Notes: a model not told the origin generated them from the sequence alone. 64,000 nt of DNA from an uncultured Acidobacteriaceae bacterium (GCA_963697035.1 CAVOMN010000004.1:27723-91722); one strand, 5' to 3'. Shown: positions 1-10,743, counted from the stretch's first letter. Made by a program: numbers and translations.

Positions 1-194
1 CGGTTTAGCCCCCTCGTAGTCTCGATCTTTCCTTCTGGGTTCGCCGTCATAGTCGCTTGTCCCCCCTCTCAACGGCAGTTCGACGGCTAAAAGCCGGGGG
101 GATTTGCAATTTTGTTCGGCCATGGAAACGAATTCGGCTATTATCTGTTGGTTAACAGACGCCGGCCCTGGCCGCGAGCGGGAGCCCTATTCAC

Positions 195-1850
195 ATGTCA
201 CAATCGGTTCCGCATCGGGACACGCCCTTCGACCCATCCATCATTCCTACCCTGCTCTTCGTTCATGGCGAGCAAAAGCGGACCCTGAATCTCGACCACG
301 CTCCGTTCACCATCGGGCGTAAGGCGGGCAACGATTTGGTGATCAGCGACCCGCGGGTATCGCGCGAGCACGCCGCCATCCTTTCCGAAAACGGCCGATT
401 TTATATTGTTGACCAGAGCAATCGCACTTTTGTCAATGGCGAAGCGGTGCAGCGATGCGCTTTGAAACGCAATGACCGCCTGGAGTTTGGCGCCCGTGAC
501 TCCGCTTATGTCATTTTTGATCCACCCCAGGAAGACGCCCGGGGGGCGCGGGAATTCCTCGATCAAATCCCAGATCTTCAATTGACTTCCGCCACTACCG
601 ATCTGGAAAAGCTCACCATGTTTCTTGAAGCCGCCCGCCGGCTCAACACCCACGGCGTGCTGGAAGAGATCCTCGTAACCCTCTTGGATACCACTTTGAA
701 GTTGACGCGGGCGGAGCGGGCCTATGTTTTCCTTCACGGTGAAGAGGGCCGGTTGAGCTTGGCGGCGGGACGCAGCGCAAAGGGCGAGTCTTTGCTGGAT
801 GATAAAACGATCTCACACTCCATTCTCGAAGATGCCCTCAAGTCCAATTCCGAATTCCTGATTACCGATACCATCAAGTCGCTCGATCACGCGGAACGAA
901 GGAGCATCGTGGCTTTTGACCTGCGCACGGTGATCTGCATCCCGCTACGCAAGCCGCAAGTACAGTCCGGACGGGGCCGGGAGGCCGCGGCTGGACCCGG
1001 CGAGGTGATGGGAGCTCTGTACGTTGACTCTCGCTTCGCCTCACACAATCTGTCGGATGTTAGCAACGACATTTTGCGGGCCATCGCAACCGAAGCGGCT
1101 TCGCTTATCGAGAACGCGCGTCTGGTGCAGGCCGAGAACGCAGCCCGCTACTATCAGCAGGAGTTGTCCATCGCCGCGCGCATCCAGCAAGGCCTCATGG
1201 CCGTCACCATCCCCGAGGTTCCCTACGCCAGGTTGTGCGGCAAGAATCTCTCCTGCAAAGAGATTGGCGGGGATTTCTTCGACGTGGTGAATACCGACGA
1301 CGGCCTGGCTGTCGTGCTTGCCGACGTAAGCGGCAAGGGCGTTTCGGCGGCCTTGCTGGCTTCCACTCTGCAGGGCATGATCTATTCCCAGCTCACCGCA
1401 GGCATGGGTCTGACCGCAATTGTGACGGCCGTGAATGGCTTTTTCACGCATAAGAACATTCGTGAGAAATACGCCACCATGGTGATCGCCCGTGTGCGCC
1501 ACGATGGACAACTGGAATATGTGAACTGCGGTCATATTGCGCCGCTGCTGGTCTGCGCAGGCGAGGTGATCCGTCCCGCTCACGGAAACCTGCCTGTAGG
1601 GCTCATGGGAGACGTAGTCTACGAAAGCGATCACTTCGAGCTACACCCCGGTGACCGGTTGGTACTCGTAACCGATGGGGTCACCGAGGCCGAAAACCAA
1701 ACCGGCGACTTCTTTGACAACCAACGCCTGGAAGCCGCAGCCGCCAAAAGCGACAAACTGGATGACATCTTTTCCGCCATCGCCGAATTCTGCGCCGGTG
1801 CCCCCCTCAACGACGATTGCACCGTGGTCGAGTTACAGTACACCGGCTAG
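195..1850 (+). CDS. FHA-GAF-PP2C (SpoIIE/RsbU-type) protein serine phosphatase
   Basis: 551-aa ORF. N-terminal FHA signature (FTIGRKAGNDLVISDPRVSREHAAI..GRFYIVDQSNRTFVNG). GAF-like middle region. C-terminal PP2C/SpoIIE motifs (GGDFFDVV, LADVSGKGVSAALL, VLVTDGVTEA). Confidence 0.9.
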   Translation: MSQSVPHRDTPFDPSIIPTLLFVHGEQKRTLNLDHAPFTIGRKAGNDLVISDPRVSREHAAILSENGRFYIVDQSNRTFVNGEAVQRCALKRNDRLEFGARDSAYVIFDPPQEDARGAREFLDQIPDLQLTSATTDLEKLTMFLEAARRLNTHGVLEEILVTLLDTTLKLTRAERAYVFLHGEEGRLSLAAGRSAKGESLLDDKTISHSILEDALKSNSEFLITDTIKSLDHAERRSIVAFDLRTVICIPLRKPQVQSGRGREAAAGPGEVMGALYVDSRFASHNLSDVSNDILRAIATEAASLIENARLVQAENAARYYQQELSIAARIQQGLMAVTIPEVPYARLCGKNLSCKEIGGDFFDVVNTDDGLAVVLADVSGKGVSAALLASTLQGMIYSQLTAGMGLTAIVTAVNGFFTHKNIREKYATMVIARVRHDGQLEYVNCGHIAPLLVCAGEVIRPAHGNLPVGLMGDVVYESDHFELHPGDRLVLVTDGVTEAENQTGDFFDNQRLEAAAAKSDKLDDIFSAIAEFCAGAPLNDDCTVVELQYTG

Positions 1851-2103
1851 AACCCACTCGGGGCGCGGGTTTCCCCCCGTAACAGCGATTCGCCAAATCT
1901 GGGTAATTTGCTTGACATCGCGGAGGGCCGGTTGCAGAATTCCCTGCAAGCTTAGGCTTACCCGCTCCCCCCAACGGGATATCCCAGGCACCCAGGTACC
2001 TGAAAAGCGCAGCGTCCTCTCGTCGGATCGCAAGGGCCGTCCTTGCGGGGAATCTCCTGCGTTCGACGTGTACCCACAATCGTAGCCGCTCAAGGAAAGC
2101 CGA

Positions 2104-4866
2104 ATGAACCTCATGCCGCTTTGGCGTCCGCGCACCTTCCTGGCGTTTACTGGCGCTGTTTGTGCTCTTGTGCTGCCAGCTTTCGCCCAGCAAGTGATCA
2201 GCTTCCCCGACTTCAGCTCAACCACAGGCCTGAATTGCAATGGCAACGCGTCGGTCAGCGGGGCCTGCCGCAATGCCGGGAATGTATTGACCCTGACGGA
2301 TGCGAACGGAAGCGAAGCGGGGAGCGCCTGGTTCAGTAATCCGTCGAACCAAGCCGGAAGCATCTCGTTGGCCAACGGATTTACCACGAATTTCCAATTC
2401 CGCTTTACCAACGGATCTACTCCGCCGGCGGATGGCCTGGCTTTCGTGATTCAGAATACGAGCCTGACCGCTTTGGCCGATCCCGGCGGTAGCACCGGCG
2501 GCGGCAGCCTGGGCTATGGAACCATCGATGGCGGGGCTGACCCGGCAGGCTTTCCCAGTGTGGCTATAGAGTTTGATACTTTTCTAAATTCGGAAAATGC
2601 GGACCCGTACGTGCCGCACGTGGCCATACAGAGTTGTGGCGGCTCCACGGACAATACCGCAAATCACGCATCTTGCAACTACGGAATCTCCGCTTCTGGC
2701 GCTGTGCCTTATCTTTCGGATGGCAACGTTCACACCGCGACCATCAACTATGTTGTCACGTCCACCCCGACCCTCTCGGTGTTCATTGACGGCACGCTGG
2801 TGCTGAGCGGCAATATAAACATCCCAGCCGTACTGGGTCTGGATGCTTCCGGCGATGCCTATGTCGGATTCACTGCTGCAACGGGGGCTGATTTCGAGGA
2901 GCACGACCTTCTGAACTGGAATTTGTCCACCACCTCGCCACCGGCGCCGGTCACTTCCAACACGCCAGCCGTGATTACAACGTTCAACAACGCTCCGAAC
3001 AACGGTGTTACCCATGCGGTGGACTTCAGTCTGGCGTTCAGCTCGGGTACGGTTAGCGGAACGGACAATAATCCAGCGTTAGCCAGTTCCAATGAGGCCG
3101 TCGCCCCTGGAGACTGGAGTCAATTTGTAGCCGGCACGCCGTTTGCCACAACGACATGCGTTCCGCATAACGGGGAGGGCGGAAACTGCAAGCTTTTCGT
3201 CGATCTGTGCACCAACGATGTCAGTTCAACACCGTCGGGCCTGAATTGTCCGCAGTCCTCTCAGCGGAATATCCTCATCCAGGACAGCTTTGACGCGACG
3301 CCGAAGCCAGGGACCCCACTGGGAACCGGGTTTGGGTTGTTGATGGGCGGGGATGACTGGAGTACGCAAGGCGCCTCCAGTTGCGTTTTCCTCGGGTCAG
3401 AAGCCGGAAATCCGTGTCCGCAAAATATCTTGACCTCGTTTAGCGGCGACGGATCGATCGGCAGCGGGGTGACCAAGGGGCTCAACTCCACTTTCGTGAC
3501 CGTTGCCGGTGTGTTGATGCCCACCACAGCGGTAACCATTTCTCCAACCAACTCCTACGGCTGGACCAACAGCACCAATCCCAGTGTGAGTTTCACTTCC
3601 AGCCCCCCGGGCACTGCGGGAGGGATAAGCATCCCGGCGGTGCCGCCAACCACAAACAGCAATAACTTCGTAGCCGCGCCAATCGCGGGCGTCACGTATA
3701 GCTTGAATGGACCGAATAACCCGTCGCTGATTGCTGCGGGTCCTTGTCCCGCCTCGATTGTTCCGGGGACCACGGTAGCCAATCCCTTTACCGGCGGAGC
3801 AAGTCTGACAAATTTGAGTCAGGGGCTGAATACGCTTTTCTATTCGGCCAGTGACTGTGCCGGAACCGAAGAACTGGTATTTACCTTTACAGGTATTCCA
3901 AGTTCAGGATCGTGGTCGACTTCGACCAAGTCTTCGCCTATCTATGTGGATAGCATGGCGCCGACGGCCAGTTGCCCGCCCGCGGACACCGTATGGCACA
4001 ACGCCAACGTCACCGTGAACTGCAGCGCCAACGACACAGGGGCAGGATTCGCCCCGCCAACCAGCGCAGTGAATGGGACCAGTTTCGGCAGTCTCTCGGA
4101 AAATATCCCGCTCAGCACCACCGTGCTCGGGCAAATGGAAATCGCCAACGCCATGACCGGCAGCACTACCGTTTCGGACCTGGCAGGCAACGGACCCGTT
4201 GCGGTTGGTCCAGTGGGTCCATTCAAAATCGATACCAAGGCGCCGGTCATCACGGAGGTTACGCCTCTCCAGAACTCTATTCAGAATTACTTCCTCAATC
4301 AGACGGCGAAAATAACCGCAACCTATCACTGCTCCGACGGAGGCTCCGGGGTCGCAGTGTGTGGCACGGCCACGTACTCCACGCCGGTGCAAGGCACAAC
4401 TGCGAACATCAGCAACAACCTGAATACCGCGCTGCTCGGTCAATCGCAGAGCTTTGTTATTTCGGCGAATGATGCCGTGGGCAATTCCGCCACGGCCAAT
4501 TTGTTCACCTACAACGTCAGCTACGCATTTCTGGGATTCCTCACTCTGCAGCAACCGCCGCTCACCAACCCCCTCAAAGCGGGCAAGGCAACGGCCATCT
4601 TGTTCGATGTGCAAGACGGCAAGCCGCGGCCGATCACGGGCTTGAAGCTGGCTCCTGCCGGTGCGGTCACGGTAGCTGCTTTCTCCTCGACGAACTGCAG
4701 TGGCGTGAATCCAACCACGGTGGCCTTCAACGGAACTCTTTCGGGGTTGCCGTTGGGCGCCTATTCTTTGAACTGGACCCCGCCCAGCACGTTAGCCGGG
4801 AAATGCGTAACTCTTACGGTCAACCTGGGAGACGGAGTCGGTCACAAGGTGAACCTTAAGTTCTAA
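2104..4866 (+). CDS. secreted L-type (legume/ConA-like) lectin domain protein with Ig-like C-terminal modules
   Basis: 920-aa ORF. Signal peptide MNLMPLWRPRTFLAFTGAVCALVLPAFAQQ. Lectin-type motifs GSAWFSNP, ADGLAFVIQN, SVAIEFDTF, AYVGFTAATG. Long Thr/Ser/Asn/Gly-rich beta-type C-terminal region. Confidence 0.8.
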   Translation: MNLMPLWRPRTFLAFTGAVCALVLPAFAQQVISFPDFSSTTGLNCNGNASVSGACRNAGNVLTLTDANGSEAGSAWFSNPSNQAGSISLANGFTTNFQFRFTNGSTPPADGLAFVIQNTSLTALADPGGSTGGGSLGYGTIDGGADPAGFPSVAIEFDTFLNSENADPYVPHVAIQSCGGSTDNTANHASCNYGISASGAVPYLSDGNVHTATINYVVTSTPTLSVFIDGTLVLSGNINIPAVLGLDASGDAYVGFTAATGADFEEHDLLNWNLSTTSPPAPVTSNTPAVITTFNNAPNNGVTHAVDFSLAFSSGTVSGTDNNPALASSNEAVAPGDWSQFVAGTPFATTTCVPHNGEGGNCKLFVDLCTNDVSSTPSGLNCPQSSQRNILIQDSFDATPKPGTPLGTGFGLLMGGDDWSTQGASSCVFLGSEAGNPCPQNILTSFSGDGSIGSGVTKGLNSTFVTVAGVLMPTTAVTISPTNSYGWTNSTNPSVSFTSSPPGTAGGISIPAVPPTTNSNNFVAAPIAGVTYSLNGPNNPSLIAAGPCPASIVPGTTVANPFTGGASLTNLSQGLNTLFYSASDCAGTEELVFTFTGIPSSGSWSTSTKSSPIYVDSMAPTASCPPADTVWHNANVTVNCSANDTGAGFAPPTSAVNGTSFGSLSENIPLSTTVLGQMEIANAMTGSTTVSDLAGNGPVAVGPVGPFKIDTKAPVITEVTPLQNSIQNYFLNQTAKITATYHCSDGGSGVAVCGTATYSTPVQGTTANISNNLNTALLGQSQSFVISANDAVGNSATANLFTYNVSYAFLGFLTLQQPPLTNPLKAGKATAILFDVQDGKPRPITGLKLAPAGAVTVAAFSSTNCSGVNPTTVAFNGTLSGLPLGAYSLNWTPPSTLAGKCVTLTVNLGDGVGHKVNLKF

Positions 4867-5255
4867 GGAATCCCGGTTCGCTGTGGCGCGGCCATGCCGG
4901 GAGCACGGTCGGATGGGAAGTCGAAGAGACTGTCCTAGCTCATGCCGCCACAATAGTTTATCTATAAGCTATCGAAAACGGGCGGCGTGGCATTCCCGAA
5001 CCGCGCTAGCCTCGATCCGGCCGTCGCGTAGAATGCCCCGCAATCGCGCCAGGATGACTTATAGGCGTCTTTCTCGGGTCGATGCGACCCAGAGTGTCCC
5101 GCGATCCCGACAAGGGCTAGAATTCGATTTCGCTACATCTTTTAGCTATAGCAATCACAATTGCAGCAGATTCAGCCAGATACGGCCACCGGAGTGCCTG
5201 GGCATGGGTTAACGCCTTTAGCGGGCCTCGCGTAAAGTGTTGACCAAATTGCAGT

Positions 5256-8200
5256 TCAGCTCTGGTCCGCGCTCTTCGACCAGCGCGTGCAGTCCGTATA
5301 AACGGTGCGCAGGTCGGAGCGCTCGGTAAGGTGGCCGGCTCCGGGATCCTTGGCCATGTCATCGAGCAAGTGTAATGCGATCTGATAATGGCCGGCGGCC
5401 TCTGCCCCATTGCCGGACAGCCGCAAGGCGGTGGCAAGTAGGTAGTGAAGCTGAGCGGTCTGCAGCCGCAATCCAAGCTTGTCGCTCTTCCCCAGGTCTT
5501 GCTCGATTTCCGTTCGCGCCTGCGTATAATCCCTGGACCCCACCAGAGCCGCCGCCAGGTAAGTTGAGTTTTCCAACTCGAGGCTTGGCTGCTCAATGGC
5601 TTCAATCTGTGGCCGTAACGCCCGCAAGGCGGCGATGGCTTGCTGGGGACGTCCTGCCGCGATCGAGACCTTCGCCAGATTCAGCCTGGAAATAGCAACC
5701 TTGTCCTTTTCCGCTCCATGACCTGACATGGTCAGCGCGTCCTGATAGAACCGTCCGGCGGCGTTTAAGTCGCCGGTAAAAAATGCGATGTCGCCCTGCG
5801 TGTTGAGAATGGCGGACTGCAAAGAATCGTTCTTCAGGCCGCGCGCCAGATCGTTGGCCTCGGCGATTGGCTTCGAGGTTTCCGGAGCTCTGCCCGCCTG
5901 CGCCAAGGCTTCCGCCAGATCATTCAGGCACTCCGCCATGGTGAGGCTGCGATCATTGGCCTGGCGGAGACTATTCACGGCATCCTGCAGAGCGCTTACG
6001 GCGGCTCCGAACTTGCCTTGGGTTTCGAATATGCGCCCCATGCGGGCGGACTCCAGTCCGGCTCCGCTGACGTCGCCACTCTTGCGCCAAAGATCGAGAG
6101 CGCGCATGTAAGAGGAAAGCGCATCATCGAAGCGTCCGATTCTTGAATAGGCAGCGCCAATCTTGTCCACCGTATCGGCGATGTCAGCGGGAACATTCAG
6201 CTTTTCCCGCAACTGCAGGGCCTGTTGGAAATAGGTTAGCGCGTTGTCCGTATCTCCCTCACTCAGATAGACCAGACCAATATTGTTCAGGCACAGGCCC
6301 TGATAGTTTTCGTCGCCGGTATCGCGCTGCACTTGCAACGACTGTTTGTACATTTGCAGCGCTTTGTCGTATTGCCCGCGATCCTGGTAGACGCCGCCCA
6401 AATCGATGAGGGTATCGCCCATTTCCTTCTTGATACCGATGGCTTGCTGGATCTGCAGCGCCTGGCCATAGCTGACCAGAGCCGCGTCGAGTTTTCCGGT
6501 GGTTCTTTGCAGCGTCCCCATCTCGACATAATTCACCGCCAAATTCCTTTTCAAACCGAGACGCTGATTGATCTCCATGGACTGCTGGTAGTTGCGCATG
6601 GCATCATCGGGCTTGTTCATCAGCCGGTAGGTGACTCCCATAGCCTGCAGGATGAGCGACTTCTGCTCCTGATTGTCCACCTCGATGGCCAGGCTCAGAC
6701 CGTGATTAAAGAAGTCCAGCGCGCCTTGGTAGTTGCCGCTCATGACTTCCACCGCGCCCATGGACCAAAGCGTCTTGATGTTCTTGGGATCGGCGTCGAG
6801 CACTTTCTGGAAATGGGCGCGGGCTTGGTCGTAGTCTCCCTGTTCCTGGTAGAGGCTGCCCAGCGCATATTGCACGTCGAGATTGTCCGGCGAACTCTTC
6901 GCCAGATTCTCATAGGCCTCGATCGCCTTCTTGTCGTCCTTCAGGACGCGGGCGTAGCTGGCTTGAATCAGATATTTCTCGGCCAGGGGAAGATTTTCGC
7001 TGAGATCATTGGCTTTGCGAGAAGATTGCTCGGCATCGCTGTCATACCCCAGCTCGGCGTAGCTCTCACCCAAGCGCGAGTAGGCGAGAGCGAATTGCGG
7101 GTCTTCTTTGGTGGCGGCTGCTAAGTGCTTCACGGCTTCCAGGCTGTTGCCCTGCCGGGCGAGTTGCACTCCCTGGTTGTAATCGCGCAGGGCATCCACC
7201 GAATTTGAATTCGGTTTGAACGCCTGACTCTGCAGCTCTTTCACCAGATTGGGAGCCAGGGAAAGACTTTGCCGGATCGCATCGGCCAATTGATCCACTG
7301 CGGCGGACAGAGCCTTCTCGCTGGCGGCTTCCGACTTTATCGAAATTGAGCGGTCGTGCTTGAGATCGCGGACCACGGCGTCGATACGAATCTGCTCGCC
7401 GAAGCGAACGAATTGTCCGGAAACAACGGTATCCGCATTGGAGAATTCGGCAATGTGCCGCAGCGTATCCGGATCCACCGATGTAGCCGGCGAAATGCGC
7501 AGATCATGCAGCACCTGTTGCAGGCGGTCGGTGGAAACGGTGCGCAGATGTGCGGACTGGCCTACATCCGTACTCAGCATTTCGGCCATGCTCGGTCCGA
7601 GCCAATCCCAGGATTGGTCGCCCGACGCGTTGTGAAACGGCAAAATTGCCAAGGAGACGACCGGTCCCGCTGTTGCGGACGGCTTTGGCGACGCCCGGAA
7701 CAGCTTATCCCGCAGCAGAAATCCAGTAACCCCCAGCACCGCGATCACAATGGCTGCCGCCAGAAATGGCCAGGGTACAGTTTGTCCCCATGGCTTTTCG
7801 CTCGCCGGAAAACTCAAGGAAGCGGCAGCGCTCTTGCCGAGCCACGCTTCGAGATCCAGCAGAATCTGCTCAACCTTCTGGTAGCGCAGATTCGGATCGC
7901 GCTCCAGGCATTTGCTGACGATGTCGCTTAGAGGCCGAGGAATATTGGAGTCGAGATCGCTAACCGGAGTGACTCGCTCCTGGGTGCGCTTGATCAGGCT
8001 AGCCACCGCGCTATCCGCCTTGAAAGGCATTTCGCCGGTGAGCAGTTCGTAAAAAATAAGTCCGAGAGTAAAGATGTCCGAGCGCTGATCGAGCGGCTTG
8101 GCCAGAGCCTGCTCGGGAGACATATATTCCATGGTGCCGATCATGGCGCCGGACTGGGTCATGCCGTCGCCACCCACGGTGCGCGCCAACCCGAAGTCCA

Positions 8201-9017
8201 TGACCAGAATCCGGCCACTTTTGTCCCGCATAATGTTCTGCGGTTTCAGGTCGCGATGGATTACCCCCACGCCGTGAGCCGCATCGAGCGCCCGGCAAAC
8301 CTGCTGCATGATGTCCACGGCTTCGTCCGGCGGCAGCTTTTTCTTTTGCTGAATCAAAGATCGAAGGTCTTCACCCTCGATGTACTCCATGGTGATGAAC
8401 TTGAGGCCGTCGGCCTCGCCCAGGTCGTAAATGCGAATGACGTTCTTATGGGTCACCTGGTGCGCCAGCAGCAACTCCTGCTTGAAGCGGTCGATGATGG
8501 CGGGATTTCTTGCCAAATCCGGGCGGATCACCTTCAGCGCGACCAGACGGTTTATTTCGATGTCTTTCGCTTTGTAAACCGCGCCCATGCCACCTTCGCC
8601 GAGCATTTCGAGGATTTGATATCTTTGCCCCAAAACGGCGTTGGGCTGCAGGATGGGTTGTGCGGAAACCAAACCCGCCGAACTAGCGGCAGGGATCCGA
8701 TCGATGATGGTGGGTGTGCCGGCCGGGCCAGACAAGGGGACAGAAACAGGAAGCGCAGGAATATCGATCAGGGTTGGAGTGTCAGGATCCGACGGAATGC
8801 TGTTTTGCGAGGGAGCCCGCACCCCCAGCGACGCATTTCCCAGATGCGGCAGGCTCTTGCCGGGACCAGCCTTGTCATCCTCTCCCATGAGTGGTGTGGG
8901 CTCACTTCGACGCACGGCCGTCCTGTGCGGAACGGCCTTTCTCCCGCACCGGAGGCGAGGCAGCAAGTATACAGCGGGTGCATTGCGATTGCAGCGGAAT
9001 CTGCGCGGCCCAAGCAC
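5256..9017 (-). CDS. Hanks-type Ser/Thr protein kinase with TM segment, TolB-N-like domain and long TPR array
   Basis: 1253-aa ORF. Kinase motifs GEGGMGAVYKAKD, HRDLKPQNIM, DFGLAR, GTMEYMSPEQ. TM segment WPFLAAAIVIAVLGVTGFLL, followed by VSLAILPFHN and many TPR-like repeats. Start uncertain: GTG at 9017 or ATG at 8888. Confidence 0.9.
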   Translation of the reverse strand: MLGPRRFRCNRNAPAVYLLPRLRCGRKAVPHRTAVRRSEPTPLMGEDDKAGPGKSLPHLGNASLGVRAPSQNSIPSDPDTPTLIDIPALPVSVPLSGPAGTPTIIDRIPAASSAGLVSAQPILQPNAVLGQRYQILEMLGEGGMGAVYKAKDIEINRLVALKVIRPDLARNPAIIDRFKQELLLAHQVTHKNVIRIYDLGEADGLKFITMEYIEGEDLRSLIQQKKKLPPDEAVDIMQQVCRALDAAHGVGVIHRDLKPQNIMRDKSGRILVMDFGLARTVGGDGMTQSGAMIGTMEYMSPEQALAKPLDQRSDIFTLGLIFYELLTGEMPFKADSAVASLIKRTQERVTPVSDLDSNIPRPLSDIVSKCLERDPNLRYQKVEQILLDLEAWLGKSAAASLSFPASEKPWGQTVPWPFLAAAIVIAVLGVTGFLLRDKLFRASPKPSATAGPVVSLAILPFHNASGDQSWDWLGPSMAEMLSTDVGQSAHLRTVSTDRLQQVLHDLRISPATSVDPDTLRHIAEFSNADTVVSGQFVRFGEQIRIDAVVRDLKHDRSISIKSEAASEKALSAAVDQLADAIRQSLSLAPNLVKELQSQAFKPNSNSVDALRDYNQGVQLARQGNSLEAVKHLAAATKEDPQFALAYSRLGESYAELGYDSDAEQSSRKANDLSENLPLAEKYLIQASYARVLKDDKKAIEAYENLAKSSPDNLDVQYALGSLYQEQGDYDQARAHFQKVLDADPKNIKTLWSMGAVEVMSGNYQGALDFFNHGLSLAIEVDNQEQKSLILQAMGVTYRLMNKPDDAMRNYQQSMEINQRLGLKRNLAVNYVEMGTLQRTTGKLDAALVSYGQALQIQQAIGIKKEMGDTLIDLGGVYQDRGQYDKALQMYKQSLQVQRDTGDENYQGLCLNNIGLVYLSEGDTDNALTYFQQALQLREKLNVPADIADTVDKIGAAYSRIGRFDDALSSYMRALDLWRKSGDVSGAGLESARMGRIFETQGKFGAAVSALQDAVNSLRQANDRSLTMAECLNDLAEALAQAGRAPETSKPIAEANDLARGLKNDSLQSAILNTQGDIAFFTGDLNAAGRFYQDALTMSGHGAEKDKVAISRLNLAKVSIAAGRPQQAIAALRALRPQIEAIEQPSLELENSTYLAAALVGSRDYTQARTEIEQDLGKSDKLGLRLQTAQLHYLLATALRLSGNGAEAAGHYQIALHLLDDMAKDPGAGHLTERSDLRTVYTDCTRWSKSADQS

Positions 9018-9058
9018 ACTCCGGCGGGGCGGCCAAAGACCAACTCAAAGCGGCGGGC

Positions 9059-9415
9059 TCAGGAGACCAATGCCTGTTGGGCGGAGTCCACGGTGTCGAA
9101 GAACTTGAAGAACTGCTCCACGCGCGACACTTTCAGAACGGAACGAACGCGTTCGTTGGCAGCCACGAGCGAAAGCGTGCGGCCATCCTTTTGGCGGTTG
9201 ACGTAGGCCCCGACCAGAGCCCCGATGCCAGCAGAATCGGCGTAGGGAACGCCGCTGAAATCCAGGATGAGTGCACGAGAGGTGTCCGACCGGACCTGAG
9301 CCTGAAAATCGAATAGGTTAGAAATCACCAGGGGTCCACTGAGGCGTAAGATGCGCTGGCCTGGCCCGTTTCCCTGCAAATCCTCGATCGTGAGAGCTTG
9401 TTCACGCATGGGCAT
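9059..9415 (-). CDS. STAS-domain anti-sigma-factor antagonist (SpoIIAA/RsbV-like)
   Basis: 118-aa ORF. STAS pattern LDFSGVPYADSAGIGALVGAY with the conserved phosphorylatable Ser in DSAG. Confidence 0.85.
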   Translation of the reverse strand: MPMREQALTIEDLQGNGPGQRILRLSGPLVISNLFDFQAQVRSDTSRALILDFSGVPYADSAGIGALVGAYVNRQKDGRTLSLVAANERVRSVLKVSRVEQFFKFFDTVDSAQQALVS

Positions 9416-9450
9416 CGCAAGATACTAGCTCCTAACGCTGAGCGCTAATG

Positions 9451-9750
9451 TTAATAGAGGGTTAATTTTGCGGCTCGCGGGGAGCCACAAAACGGAGTTA
9501 CAGTACGAATCAATTCGCTCGGGTCCGCCAATCTACTTCGGTACCACGATTCGCACTGTTCCAAATCCATTACAAAAGCGGCAACGCTCCGCCTCATGAG
9601 TTGAGCAGCGCACTCCGCACATCTGGCGACGATCTGAAATTGCGCGTCGCTGGTATCTGGCACTTTGCCGGGAATTTCCTTAACGACTTCCGCGCGATGG
9701 TGCTTGCGCAACCACGAGGCCAGTTTCGCCTCAATCCGCTCCCGGTCCAT
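9451..9750 (-). CDS. hypothetical protein (99 aa)
   Basis: ORF co-oriented with the flanking genes and 5 nt downstream of the 86-aa ORF. No recognisable domain and a weak RBS. Confidence 0.4.
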   Translation of the reverse strand: MDRERIEAKLASWLRKHHRAEVVKEIPGKVPDTSDAQFQIVARCAECAAQLMRRSVAAFVMDLEQCESWYRSRLADPSELIRTVTPFCGSPRAAKLTLY

Positions 9751-9754
9751 GACA

Positions 9755-10015
9755 CTAAGCCGGGCGGACTAAAGAGGACCACCAATCCGGAATGCACTTG
9801 TAGCAGACGATGTGTCCGTTTTCGAAAAGTGCGCCGGGATCCGCGGAGCGGAAAAATTGTTGGCATTGAGAACAACGCTTCACCCCGAGCAGCGCCAAGG
9901 CGCTAATCACGTCGCTGAGATCGTGCTCGACACGGACCAGGTTCTCAAATAAAGAGTTGTCTGCCGGGTCGTGCATTTCCATTTGCGATAGCGCGTTCCC
10001 TAGTTCCGATGGCAT
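9755..10015 (-). CDS. hypothetical CxxC..CxxC zinc-ribbon-like protein (86 aa)
   Basis: ORF preceded by a strong SD (GAAGGAGG about 7 nt upstream). Cys pairs CSQC and CYKC. Confidence 0.55.
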   Translation of the reverse strand: MPSELGNALSQMEMHDPADNSLFENLVRVEHDLSDVISALALLGVKRCSQCQQFFRSADPGALFENGHIVCYKCIPDWWSSLVRPA

Positions 10016-10099
10016 TTGATGCCTCCTTCAATGTTTGACTGGCTTCGTTTGTTCTCCACGGACATACTTCTACCTGCCGGTTAACCAAGTTCTGGCACT

Positions 10100-10743
10100 G
10101 TTGCACAAAGCCGATAAAGCGGCGCGCCAACTCCGCAATTCGCTCGGGTTGACGTATGCGAAGAATCGCTTCCCTAGGAATCAACTGCGGTGCCGATGCC
10201 GAGCGCAACTGAGCCTGCCAGAATGAAGCTGGACGCAGTTTGCTGATTTACTCCCGCCAGCCGCGACCAGGGGTACCTTCGGAAACATCGCCTTCAATGC
10301 CCGGACGTAGCCCTCCCCGCCCACCTGTGCACAGGGAACAACCTTGACGAAATCAGGGCGCAGCTTCCACGCTCTGAAGCACCTCGCTCGGAGTAAGGGT
10401 CGCCCGGGAATCACAACGGCATTTTCCTGCTACCGCGAGAGCCGACTAATGTCAGCGTCGAACCCGTCGCTGGTCAGGAAGTTGGCCCCGGCATCCAGGC
10501 AACTCCGCGCTGTCTTCACATCGTATGACGCCGCCCGCGCCTACGATCACGTCAGGAGCGTTCTGCACAAGATGGGAGATCACGTGTGTACGCGTCGGGC
10601 ACAGTCAAGGTGACCTCGACAATAGGAATTCCCCCTCGAGACACAGCTTCCGCCGCGAAAAGGGCGTCGTCGGCGGTGGACACACGAACCGAGGGAATAA
10701 TTCCAATCTCCTCGATCCGGCTTCGTACGTCTTCTTTGTTCAC
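10100..10743 (-). pseudogene. eda: KDPG/KHG aldolase, frameshifted
   Basis: N-terminal fragment 10552..10743 (IEEIGIIPSVRVSTADDALFAAEAVSRGGIPIVEVTLTVPDA). Middle fragment 10181..10414 (KAMFPKVPLVAAGG). C-terminal piece LIPREAILRIRQPERIAELARRF lies in a third frame. 3' limit approximate. Confidence 0.7.

Noticed and set aside
6333-7124. 263-aa plus-strand ORF, and many similar 60-300 aa ORFs antisense to large genes (for example 24036..24674, 24720..25484, 33175..33894, 59790..60737)
   Set aside because: They lie entirely inside well-supported genes on the opposite strand. They have low-complexity Arg/Leu/Gly/His-rich composition typical of GC-rich shadow frames, and they lack RBS or domain signatures.
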